Source: Giardia intestinalis
Taxonomy: Eukaryota
NCBI GenBank assembly: GCA_000002435.2
Contig: CM018791.1
Strand: one strand, 5' to 3'
Length of the DNA: 64,000 nucleotides
Below are positions 1 to 9,096 of this stretch, piece by piece (within the stretch, counting starts at the first letter, position 1; each line of letters starts with the position of its first letter). The position numbers and the translations under genes were made by a program. The notes under the pieces are model-generated. The model did no database searches, had not been told where the DNA came from, and worked only from the letters and a program-made list of their open reading frames with translations.

Positions 1-3000
1 GCAAGCATCGCCAGTTTCATAAATTGTCGACTGGGCTCTTCGAGTAAGGCCGGGAGATGCTTCTTGTAAGTGGCTGGGAAGAGGGTTATGTAATTGGTCC
101 CATAGTGCAGAACAAACTTGTCATACAAGCTGGAAAAGATATAGCAGGCAGAATCGCTGGATAGCTTGTTGTGCAGGTCACGCACGAGTTGGAACTTCTC
201 TGGAGTTGTGGTAGCCGAGAGTATGAGGGACGAGACGAACTTAAGTTCTGCCAAAATGTATTTAGTAAAACACTCGATCGCCTCCGTCAGCTTATTTATC
301 ATGTGCTTTTCGAGATAGTCTAAAGCTTCCAGAAGATTTTCCTTCATCCGCCTCACAGAAACAGTAATCATGGACGCATAAAACTGATCGGGGAACACAA
401 CAATGATCGACCTGAGATTCTCGATCTTGTCTATGATGGAACGAGGGGTAGAGAAGTCAAGAAGAGGAAACTCCTGCTCATGGTTTCCAAAGAGAAGGAG
501 GCCTTTTATTTCTTTAATCTTCAGACAACGCTCATAATCAAACGATAGAAGAGTCTCTATTTGCTTGTCAGTAGAAAACCACTCTCTGTAGCTGGTCATG
601 AGGCTCATTGGGCTGAAGTCATCCGAAAAAAGATCCTGAGTCAGGTCTAATAAGCACGAGAACTCATTGGCCCTATCAGAAAGCTCTAAGCGTGTGACCA
701 CTCCTCGTTCTTTTATTGCCAGGAGCGAAAGCTTCCGATGAGTGAGAAGAGCAGTATATGTGTTAAGCAAATCTGTGCTAAAAGAAGTGCTCTCCTCCCG
801 CTTAGAGTAGTGGCGTGACAAAACACGTTGCCGCTGCTGCGTCAAGATGTCTGCATATGTGTCAGAAGCCAACGAGGCTCCGCAGGTCATGGCATCTGAG
901 TTGTTGCTAATGTCATTTGGCTGGAAGTTCATGGGCGAGGCGGGCGAGGCGCTGGGGCCGCGCTTGACATTACCAATGTTTGTATTAGAGGCGTCCTGTC
1001 TGTTAGCTACTACGGCTGAATTTCCCATCAAGACAAGCGGTAAGTCTAAGTACATGTCTGCAATAGTGTGATCATAAATTTCTATGAGCTTATTCTCTTT
1101 CTGGAGCGAGAGTAGAACATCATAGCCCTCCTTCAGTTCCAGCCTAGCATCTATAGAATTCAGCATGGTGTCGTCCTCGGCTTCAGTTAGTGGTTCGTCC
1201 TGTAACTCATTAGTTTTATCCTCGCCGGCTGTTATATATCCTGCCATCACCTTGAAGCGCATGCTCTGTTCCTGCAGAGATATGGCAAACTTCTGCTTTG
1301 AATATCTCGTCATGTAATTAGCAAAGTAGGTGAACCCGATGCTATCGAAATGCGTTCGTTCCACAGCAGCCCAATTGATCCCCGTGATGACACAAATAGA
1401 TAGGTTGAAGGAAAATGTCATCAGCACATCGAAAAAACTATAGTGATATCCGACAGTGGTGACTACTGAGGGAACAGAAACAAGTCGGGCATCTTCCTCA
1501 CTACAGGCTAAAGCGCACCCTGCAATCTTATCAGTTCTGATGTCGTGTTCTGCTGCCAATGCTTCTTGTGCAGAAAGCATCTTCTCGTCTCCTTCCACAT
1601 CCATGGCTGTTTCAATTGTTAAGTCTGTTCTTCGTCGGTGTATAGTCTTAAGATCGTGCGCATCCCCACCCTGTGGAAGAGAGTCTTCGTAGTTCTCGGG
1701 GTTAAATGATTCTTCTGGGCTTGATGCAGCGCCGAGTCCTGCACCAGGCATGGTTTGCACTGTGTCAAGTCGGCTCATGTCACTAATAGTCTGCTGGTCA
1801 GCACTATATAAGAAGGAGAGGTGCGACTTCTGTGTGAAGAGAGCGTTGTGCACAAAGTCAAAGCGTGAAAACCCATAGTTATACATTCGTGATGCAATCA
1901 GGGACAGATCGTCGAGGGTCGAAATACTCTGCATCCCCTGATCTGAATACTTGAACTCCTTGAGGGGTTTGAGGGCTAACATAAAGACCTTGTGGCACGC
2001 ACGCTCTGCCAGGTCATTGAGGGCAGAGGCAACCATGCGGGCTAAAGTAAAATAGATCCGGGTGGCATCGTAGATCTTAACTGTTGCCAGAGCAGTTGCA
2101 GCGCTCGCAGCTTTTGTGGACTGTTCTGGGTCCTGCTCTTGCCCCTGTTCCTGAGAGTCTTGTGTGTCCTTCTCCAATTTTGTTACAACGTGGTTGTGTA
2201 GGTACTGATAATATATTAAGATAGTGGCGAGAATGATCGAGTACGGGACGAGAGCAGTGTGATAGAACAGGAAGTATTTGAGAGCTTTGATGAATATGGT
2301 ATCGTTTGTTTTAATAAGATTATCAATAGTGCACGGGTCCTCGCTGCCTCGTAAAGCGGCAAACTCTACAGACAGCTTCTTGCGGGTGTCGTGCAGCTGG
2401 TCCATGTTGCAGAAGTAGTCCACACGCTCTTTAAAGAGGTCGTGACTCTCGAAAAATTTGATGTGCTCATAGTGCTGATTTATCTTTGCAATCATTCCAT
2501 CAAGATATTGAATGAATGAAGCGATGGTCTGCTCAATGACCGGGGTATATTCCAAAAGCTGATCCTTCCGACCGATGAGCTCGTGAGCAGAACCAAGTAC
2601 AATATTACCATCATTATCAATTTTAAGGTTACAACTACGAGTGTTAGATTGATCCAGAGTGCTTAGATCTAAAAAGATATCCATCAGTGCTTCAGATATT
2701 TTTACGAGATTGCCGATTAATGGCTGTGCAGTGGCGACATAGCAAGGTTGAAATCTAATCTGGGCAGCAAGAGTTTGGCGTAGCGACAATAGGCGACTTT
2801 GGCGTTTAGAAAACTCAGTACCATATAGAACTAGGTTACAATCCCAAGCAGACGTGGTTGGAATTCTGTGGCTGAACAAACCCAAAGGTAGGGTTGGTTC
2901 ATAAATTAAAGAAGTGGGCATAACGTCGGTGGCAGACGCAGACAGACCAACCGTATAAAGACTGGGCCGCAGAACCCCCATCTTTGGAACGACTATTTCA

Positions 3001-4631
3001 TGCTCTTTCATGACTGAAGGAGTATTTTCAAGAACACTAAAGACCCGGCTATGGAACCTTTGCTGAGCAGCAGCAACGGATAGAAAAAACTCATTCTCAA
3101 GCGCGCTAATGTGTCGCTGATAAGCTTCCTCTAGTTGCAACTTAAAGTCGCGTTCAGGATCATGCACAACGTCATCCAGCGCCTCCTTCTGGGAGTCTTC
3201 TTCCCTCCGTACATCATCAAGCATTGCATTGAGTACCTGGGTCATCTTTATCACCCGACTATCCACTTTAGTGCTCAAGGGTAGCAAGGGAATACGGGCG
3301 TTGGAAGCGATGGTCTGGACTAGATGGCTACGGCGGGCTGGAAGAGCAGGAGAATTGGCCCGCAAAATTGGGTTACTGTGTGTTACCTGAGACTGGGACC
3401 GTACTGGAGACTTTTGAGGTTCTGTGGAATGAGTGCTCTGCAATTGTGTCATGGTGAGATCGCGCTCCTCTAAACCCTGGTCATCTCTGGTGCACGAGAG
3501 CTTGGGTAACGCTTTTGGTACGCTGCCTACACGCTCTCCTGAGCGCTTCAGTAAACCACTGCGGTTTTGGAGCAGAAATGAATCTGTTTCCACTCCTGCT
3601 TGCGAACGAGATGGTATCAAATCCTTGGATGTTAAAACCGAGGAAGATCGCTTAGTGGGTAGGAGGGAAAGTGATGCTGTTGGCCCAGTTGATTTTGTAA
3701 GGGACGTAGCAAGGATAGATCCCTTGCTCCTTTTATTTAGATCTTCAAGAAGTAACTCTCGCTCGTTGTATGCCAGATGGCGTGCATATGTAAGAAGGAG
3801 TTGATTCAATGCGCGCTTTAAAAGAGGCGAGCGTTGGAGTTGACGCTGTATGGCCCAGTAGACATGGGTCAGATATAATTTTAGGTTCTGTAGGATGCAG
3901 TTATCTCTGTATGAAGAAGCATCCTCGAGCGGTCTTTCTTCCTCCAATATTGGCTGCGCTTCCCCCACCTTTTCAAAGATGTTGTGCGCAGCAGACCCGC
4001 CTGGATGGCCAGGTTGAAAGTAGCCCGGCCCCTGCTCCTGCACAAGCTGCATACGCGCAAGGTTCTTGACCTCTGTGTTTGTGAGGGTCTTCGTCACAGA
4101 CTTCTTATCGCGACGCCACGTCTTTGGAGCCAGCATAAGCTCCGAGAAGCTATCGATGCCGGGATCATCTAAAAGAAATATACGGTTTAGAGGAGTGGGC
4201 ATGCGTTTCCTGAAAGTTCCATTGAGTGTGTCTATGGTAATATCAACGATTCCCATCCCCATAGAAAGGTTTGCATAGACCAGGTTCCCCGGTAGATAAC
4301 AAGGTATTGCAGCGATGTGGTCTTCTAGTTCGACCACAAAGGATACATTCTTGATCAGTGCAGGCCACGGCCTGCGCACAGGATCTTCTAAGCCTGCCAC
4401 GGGAGGCCTGAAGTAGTGCTGCCGGCAGAGGCGCTCGATTGACACATCTCTTCTAAGCAATACCACTCTGCACTCGTAGCTGTCGTCCTGCCGAGGCTCT
4501 GAGTCTTCTCCAGAAGTTCTAAGTGAGAGCAACGCTGATAGCATTGTGTTGTTCTGCATTCCCCTGAGCGCCCGCGGAACCGTGACATGAGTCGGCGGCG
4601 GGGGCCGGTGCTTTGAACTGGATATGAACAT
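1..4631 (-). CDS. Large hypothetical protein, N-terminal >=1543 aa. ATG at 4629-4631; the ORF runs off the window at position 1. Hydrophobic helix-like segments (e.g. ...LVPYSIILATILIYYQYLH...). No family recognised.
   Basis: By-eye translation of the minus strand from the CAT at 4629-4631 met no in-frame stop down to position 1. The ORF track shows no minus-strand ORF >=60 aa anywhere in 1-4380, as expected if one truncated frame is open. AT-rich tract directly upstream of the ATG. Confidence 0.6.
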   Translation of the reverse strand, partial: MFISSSKHRPPPPTHVTVPRALRGMQNNTMLSALLSLRTSGEDSEPRQDDSYECRVVLLRRDVSIERLCRQHYFRPPVAGLEDPVRRPWPALIKNVSFVVELEDHIAAIPCYLPGNLVYANLSMGMGIVDITIDTLNGTFRKRMPTPLNRIFLLDDPGIDSFSELMLAPKTWRRDKKSVTKTLTNTEVKNLARMQLVQEQGPGYFQPGHPGGSAAHNIFEKVGEAQPILEEERPLEDASSYRDNCILQNLKLYLTHVYWAIQRQLQRSPLLKRALNQLLLTYARHLAYNERELLLEDLNKRSKGSILATSLTKSTGPTASLSLLPTKRSSSVLTSKDLIPSRSQAGVETDSFLLQNRSGLLKRSGERVGSVPKALPKLSCTRDDQGLEERDLTMTQLQSTHSTEPQKSPVRSQSQVTHSNPILRANSPALPARRSHLVQTIASNARIPLLPLSTKVDSRVIKMTQVLNAMLDDVRREEDSQKEALDDVVHDPERDFKLQLEEAYQRHISALENEFFLSVAAAQQRFHSRVFSVLENTPSVMKEHEIVVPKMGVLRPSLYTVGLSASATDVMPTSLIYEPTLPLGLFSHRIPTTSAWDCNLVLYGTEFSKRQSRLLSLRQTLAAQIRFQPCYVATAQPLIGNLVKISEALMDIFLDLSTLDQSNTRSCNLKIDNDGNIVLGSAHELIGRKDQLLEYTPVIEQTIASFIQYLDGMIAKINQHYEHIKFFESHDLFKERVDYFCNMDQLHDTRKKLSVEFAALRGSEDPCTIDNLIKTNDTIFIKALKYFLFYHTALVPYSIILATILIYYQYLHNHVVTKLEKDTQDSQEQGQEQDPEQSTKAASAATALATVKIYDATRIYFTLARMVASALNDLAERACHKVFMLALKPLKEFKYSDQGMQSISTLDDLSLIASRMYNYGFSRFDFVHNALFTQKSHLSFLYSADQQTISDMSRLDTVQTMPGAGLGAASSPEESFNPENYEDSLPQGGDAHDLKTIHRRRTDLTIETAMDVEGDEKMLSAQEALAAEHDIRTDKIAGCALACSEEDARLVSVPSVVTTVGYHYSFFDVLMTFSFNLSICVITGINWAAVERTHFDSIGFTYFANYMTRYSKQKFAISLQEQSMRFKVMAGYITAGEDKTNELQDEPLTEAEDDTMLNSIDARLELKEGYDVLLSLQKENKLIEIYDHTIADMYLDLPLVLMGNSAVVANRQDASNTNIGNVKRGPSASPASPMNFQPNDISNNSDAMTCGASLASDTYADILTQQRQRVLSRHYSKREESTSFSTDLLNTYTALLTHRKLSLLAIKERGVVTRLELSDRANEFSCLLDLTQDLFSDDFSPMSLMTSYREWFSTDKQIETLLSFDYERCLKIKEIKGLLLFGNHEQEFPLLDFSTPRSIIDKIENLRSIIVVFPDQFYASMITVSVRRMKENLLEALDYLEKHMINKLTEAIECFTKYILAELKFVSSLILSATTTPEKFQLVRDLHNKLSSDSACYIFSSLYDKFVLHYGTNYITLFPATYKKHLPALLEEPSRQFMKLAML

Positions 4632-4657
4632 GTCAATTATTTGATATCTGAATTACA

Positions 4658-4664
4658 ATTCACT
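4658..4664 (-). terminator. Giardia-type polyadenylation signal AGTGAAT for the arginine deiminase gene
   Basis: Matches AGTRAAY; 4 nt after the ADI stop (4668-4670). Lies between that stop and the next gene's ATG (4631). Confidence 0.7.
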
Positions 4665-4667
4665 GTT

Positions 4668-6410
4668 TCACTTGATATCGACGCAGATGTCAGCCTGCTC
4701 CAGGCCCAGATAACGCGTATAGGCTGCAGGTGCACCCTCAACCGCCTTGGGAGTAAAGGGCGTGAGCTGCGGGATCTTGTCCAGGACGGCCTTCAGAGAC
4801 CCGGCCTTGGCGGCACCCTTCAGGCTGACAACAGGCATCGACGGCATCCTCCACGTGATGTAAGGGACCCTTCCCTCAGATACGAGCTTTTGGTAGAGCC
4901 CGTACGCATCTGCGATGATCTCCCTGCTGGGAGCAGCATCATCTCTCAAGTTGATCTTCAGACCATCAATAAGGTCGTCCACGCTTGAGGGAATGTAGAT
5001 CACGCAATCAAACTTCTTCCCCGCCGCATCAACTGGCTCGCCATTCTTCTCATATATGGCGGCAATTCCGTCACCCTCCTGCTCACACGCCTTGACGGCA
5101 GCAGGGGCCAGCGGCGTGCGGTAAACAACCTGAGATGCGCAGTGCAGAGAGCCGTACATGCGGGTGATTCCTCGGAACGGAACGTAAACTAGATCGAGCC
5201 CGTTCGGCAAGTTGTTTGATTTGCAGTATGAGATGTACGCAGGATCTGCCTTGATGAAGTCCACTGTTGGTTGGTGGACGCTGAGGACGCAGTTGTTTCC
5301 CAGATTGAGATTATTGCAGCCATATGCAAGCTGGTACTCATGAGGAATGCGGACGATCGTGTAACCATTTTCGCTGAGCCACTGCTGGAACTCAACATTT
5401 GCCTTCGCCAAGACGTAATTTCCACAAGTGACTGCGGAGCTCTTTGCTTTTTTCACTGCATCAGCACCGACATCAATCCACTCGTCGACGTACCTCAGGC
5501 CCATCCCGGAGCAAATATAGTCATCGAGCACCACTAGCTTGTCGTGGAGGACGCTGAAGGTGCAGTCAAGGTGCATACGGTCCTGGTGCTGATCAAAGCA
5601 GTCCTTGACGACAGCAAACCGCCGGGTCCCGAGGAGATCTTTAGACATAAGATACTGCGCTCCGACATAGGTGCTGCGCAAGCCCACACCCATCATCGCC
5701 AGCCCGGGCGACACAGGCACGAAGTCCCCACCCTCGAGCATGCAGTGCGGTCCTCCCTCACGGCAGTCTCCCACGACGCGGGCCCCGAGGCGCTTCCAGA
5801 AGATCAGGGCCAGGACCTGCTCGCGCCTCCTCTGCGGCGCCTGAAACTGGCCCATGACTATTCCGCGCCGGGTGGTTATCTGCTGGTCACGCATAAAGAC
5901 CATGTTATTGCTATCGTGGATCTCCACAGAGTTGGTAACGAGAGCCGTGTTGCGGACACCAGGAGCTAGGTGGATGACGGGCTCGGATAAAATCACGTCT
6001 ACAAGGTTTCTGGTCGACAGGGCCGAAAGGACCTTGCGTTTGTACTCGTCCGAAACACAGTACTTCATCTTGGGGGTGATGCGTGCACCTGTGGCATGGA
6101 GCTCGTACTTCAGCGAGGCCATTGCTTGATCCATGAGGACCTCCCTCTCAGCCGGAGAGGCCTCGGAGAGGACGTCGTACGGCATATAAACCCGGCACCC
6201 CTTCTCCTTGAGAACGGCCTGGAAGCCCTCGTGATCGCGTCTGAGCTCGTCGGGGCATATGGGCTCCTCAAGCAAGTTCCCCTCGGGGTTGAGAGAGGTC
6301 AAGAACGACGTTCCCTGAGGGAGGTGCACGACGACTATCTCTGCGCGCTCGTTCTCTCCCCCCTGGGTTGCCTGTGCAAGCTTCTCTTTATCCTTGGAGA
6401 AGTCAGTCAT
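4668..6410 (-). CDS. ADI: Arginine deiminase (arginine dihydrolase pathway), 580 aa, with the long C-terminal extension typical of the Giardia enzyme
   Basis: Full-length ORF starting MTDFSKDKEKLAQ... The 580-aa length matches the published Giardia ADI. High-GC3 codon usage. A-rich tract before the ATG. AGTGAAT 4 nt after the stop. Confidence 0.9.
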   Translation of the reverse strand: MTDFSKDKEKLAQATQGGENERAEIVVVHLPQGTSFLTSLNPEGNLLEEPICPDELRRDHEGFQAVLKEKGCRVYMPYDVLSEASPAEREVLMDQAMASLKYELHATGARITPKMKYCVSDEYKRKVLSALSTRNLVDVILSEPVIHLAPGVRNTALVTNSVEIHDSNNMVFMRDQQITTRRGIVMGQFQAPQRRREQVLALIFWKRLGARVVGDCREGGPHCMLEGGDFVPVSPGLAMMGVGLRSTYVGAQYLMSKDLLGTRRFAVVKDCFDQHQDRMHLDCTFSVLHDKLVVLDDYICSGMGLRYVDEWIDVGADAVKKAKSSAVTCGNYVLAKANVEFQQWLSENGYTIVRIPHEYQLAYGCNNLNLGNNCVLSVHQPTVDFIKADPAYISYCKSNNLPNGLDLVYVPFRGITRMYGSLHCASQVVYRTPLAPAAVKACEQEGDGIAAIYEKNGEPVDAAGKKFDCVIYIPSSVDDLIDGLKINLRDDAAPSREIIADAYGLYQKLVSEGRVPYITWRMPSMPVVSLKGAAKAGSLKAVLDKIPQLTPFTPKAVEGAPAAYTRYLGLEQADICVDIK

Positions 6411-6684
6411 GTACTAGGATTTTTTTCTCCGGAAGTTTACACACCTCACGTGTAGACGTTTAGCTCTTCTCAAAAAGCATATAATAAATATATTAAATGC
6501 CAGGTTGGCGTTTTTCTATTGGCAGTTACACGCCGCGTTTCGCAGCCTCCCCCAATCCTCTTTGAATCTCTTTGACCGGTGTCGGTGGATCTACAGTTAC
6601 AGACCACAGTTTACTGTATAACCTCCCCTAAGTGAGGACGTGATGGACCTTAAGGGGCTCGAGGACCCCTCCGCCCCAATGCAA
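6411..6684 (-). promoter_or_regulatory. Upstream/promoter region of arginine deiminase, 274 bp (unusually long for this locus). It also contains the 3' UTR of the upstream ankyrin gene.
   Basis: A-rich initiator (gagaaaaaaatcctagtacATG on the minus strand). AT-rich block (aaaaagcatataataaatatattaaatg). Small hairpin tacacCTCACgtgta containing CACGTG. Direct repeat tctttgaatctctttga. Confidence 0.5.
6609..6615 (-). terminator. Polyadenylation signal AGTAAAC for the ankyrin/coiled-coil gene 6685..8967
   Basis: AGTRAAY match ~70 nt downstream of the stop, inside the ADI upstream region. Confidence 0.5.
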
Positions 6685-8967
6685 TCAAAGAACGCGGGGG
6701 TGTCTGTCTTCCCACTGGCTTCCACTACCTCTGGCCATCCAAGGATTCGGCCTATCCAAGGACGAATTGTTTCTGTCGGTGATGGCAGAGTATATCGGAT
6801 CCGAGTAGGGCTGTTCATGTCTCAGATGCGAGGGCTGCGCAGTGTGCGCCCTGTCAGTAAATGAAGTGCTTGTCAGTAACGACGGCGGGTCGAAGTGCGC
6901 CTGCGAGTCATTGTGGACCTCTGGATTCGCGTGGGCGGGATTAAAGTTGGTTCCGCGCGAGGTATACTCATTGTAGTCATCCGCCTGATTGGTGAAGGTG
7001 GTGCGCAAAGAAGCTTCACGAGGAACGTCTTTTGTTATGGGCGCAGGATGATCGTACTCTGTGTGAGACTCAAATGATGTCTTAATCTCATAGGGGTGCT
7101 CCACTTCCGCGGTCGAGTTGTAGAGGCTCTGGTGATCGCTAGCTTTACCGGACCCATACGAATCATTAGCGTTTCTAATGGTTGTATCGCGGCTCGCAGA
7201 CCTGCTTGTGTTAAAAGAGTGGTACGATCCGTTGGGCGTTGGATCGACAATCGGCCTAAGGCGACGACGGCGAGATGTAGAGAGCTCCGACATGGCCTGC
7301 ATATTCCTCATGCTATTATCAAGGCCAAAGCTGTTTGTTAGGCTTCTGTCACCACTCCTATCGCCATCTCTATCCTTGTCCTGTGTGCGTTCTAATTCAG
7401 TTCGCGAACGTGTTGTGTGCGATTGACTTCGAGAAGTAGAACGATCACGAAGCGTTCCTGTACGTCCATTTGGACTGTAAGTCTTTGTTGTCGTTGTCAC
7501 GGTGGTAACCTCTCTAACTATGTTGCTTTGATCAGCCATCGTTGAATCGTAGAGTCCGCTACTATTGGCACTAGCATGCATAGAATCGCTGGACAGATGC
7601 TGATTTGTGCGAGAGCGATGAGAGGTCAGGGCGCGCCTCTCTGTGGACTTGTTAGAAGCTGAGGTAGCCGACATTCCGTGGTAGTCAGATGTAGCCGAAT
7701 TTGGTGCTGCCCTCATAGTGCGTTGACGAAATACGAAATCAGGCTCTGTTTGAGGCATAAGTGGAGACTTTTCTCCCATGTACATCCTGTACGTCTTTAG
7801 TTGATCGGTTCTGCTGTCAAGAAGACTCTGCGTTTTCTGAAGCTTCTCAAGAGCCTTTTCATAGTCATCCTTCAGCCCGACAATAGAGGTGACCTGGTTC
7901 ATTTCTCTTTGTCTTTCTGCGCGCATGTCCTTTATCTGTCGTTCAAGCTCCTTGATGTAGGCAGCATTCTGCATCATTTCTGCGTTGATTCGATCACAGA
8001 TGTCTTCTGACGTCAGATTGTAACCTGTGTGGCTCTTGAAGACAGGGCTTCTTATGATGTACTCCAGCGCTGCAGCCTTCGTGCGCAGCTGTGCATTCTC
8101 CTCCTCGAGATCATAGATGTTTGACTTGTCTTTCTTAGCTGATGTTTTTGTTTTGCCCTTGCTGGTGTTTATTTGCGAATTAGCAGTCACTGAGGCCAGT
8201 TCCTCCAGTTGACTTTGTATGCGGTGCATATGATCGACGAAGCGGCTTATCAACAGATTAGAAGGCTCTGGACCCCCGTTGAACGTATTGAGGTAATAGT
8301 TCCGATCCTCGCCCATCACTTCTTGAAGACAGGTTCTAAAGCTAGCAATCTCTTTGTTAAGGTTCTCCACTTCAAAGGTGAGGTCAGGGACATCTGATTC
8401 TTGGCCTGTCAGGTGCTGCAAGGCAAGCCTGAGAAGTTTAGGTGCAAACATGTTCTTGCACTCTCCTGCCGTGCGGATCGCCTGGCGAATGTCGTCGGGC
8501 CTGAAGATACCAGAAAATCCCAGAGATATGACAATCCCTTGCTTCATAGACATGACTGCGTAGTCAAGAGCAGTGCGGTTGCTCTGGTCCTGCTCCCTAG
8601 TGCCGTATTTGAGCATAATATTGATAGAGTTAATGGCCCCAGCATGGGCCGCAACCATAAAGGCTGTCTTACCATCTGGCATGGTGTCCTTGTGCTCGAA
8701 GGGGGCCAAGATCTCTACCAGGCCCGCGTGGTCTGCTTCGCATGCCATCATCAATGCAGTAGAATGAGACGTCTGACTAAGTATTCCGCACTCCTTGGGA
8801 GCCAAGATTTTTACGGTTTCTGCGTCTCCCTGTCGCACTGCACACATCAAGCCCGTCTCACCGAAAGTGTTCCTCTTCCCCGCACATTCTTTCAAGTGCA
8901 CACTGACAACATCGTGTCGCCGCGTAGAAATCGCATGGAACCAATCTTGGGAAGAAAAGGTGGGCAT
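6685..8967 (-). CDS. Ankyrin-repeat plus coiled-coil protein ('protein 21.1'-like), 760 aa. N-terminal ankyrin repeats, central coiled coil, S/T/R/D-rich low-complexity C-terminal half.
   Basis: G-TALM-AA ankyrin motifs at the N-terminus. Heptad-rich middle (e.g. LEEENAQLRTKAAALE). ATG confirmed at 8965-8967. AGTAAAC about 70 nt downstream of the stop. Confidence 0.8.
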   Translation of the reverse strand: MPTFSSQDWFHAISTRRHDVVSVHLKECAGKRNTFGETGLMCAVRQGDAETVKILAPKECGILSQTSHSTALMMACEADHAGLVEILAPFEHKDTMPDGKTAFMVAAHAGAINSINIMLKYGTREQDQSNRTALDYAVMSMKQGIVISLGFSGIFRPDDIRQAIRTAGECKNMFAPKLLRLALQHLTGQESDVPDLTFEVENLNKEIASFRTCLQEVMGEDRNYYLNTFNGGPEPSNLLISRFVDHMHRIQSQLEELASVTANSQINTSKGKTKTSAKKDKSNIYDLEEENAQLRTKAAALEYIIRSPVFKSHTGYNLTSEDICDRINAEMMQNAAYIKELERQIKDMRAERQREMNQVTSIVGLKDDYEKALEKLQKTQSLLDSRTDQLKTYRMYMGEKSPLMPQTEPDFVFRQRTMRAAPNSATSDYHGMSATSASNKSTERRALTSHRSRTNQHLSSDSMHASANSSGLYDSTMADQSNIVREVTTVTTTTKTYSPNGRTGTLRDRSTSRSQSHTTRSRTELERTQDKDRDGDRSGDRSLTNSFGLDNSMRNMQAMSELSTSRRRRLRPIVDPTPNGSYHSFNTSRSASRDTTIRNANDSYGSGKASDHQSLYNSTAEVEHPYEIKTSFESHTEYDHPAPITKDVPREASLRTTFTNQADDYNEYTSRGTNFNPAHANPEVHNDSQAHFDPPSLLTSTSFTDRAHTAQPSHLRHEQPYSDPIYSAITDRNNSSLDRPNPWMARGSGSQWEDRHPRVL

Positions 8968-9096
8968 GGAGACAATAAACTTTTTTGGCGGGATTAAGTA
9001 AAGGTCGCCTCAGAAGTCAGATAATACAGATTACTTAAAGATTTACACTGAGCAAGTATACACCCCGGCAGGATTGCAGAAAACCCTACGTCGGCT
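8968..9096. promoter_or_regulatory. Bidirectional promoter region shared by the divergent paralogous ankyrin/coiled-coil genes
   Basis: 129-bp spacer between two ATGs on opposite strands. AT-rich tracts adjacent to both ATGs. Confidence 0.5.

Noticed and set aside
5544-6455. Plus-strand ORFs of 88-141 aa antisense to arginine deiminase
   Set aside because: Fully contained in the ADI coding region on the opposite strand, with no independent signals.
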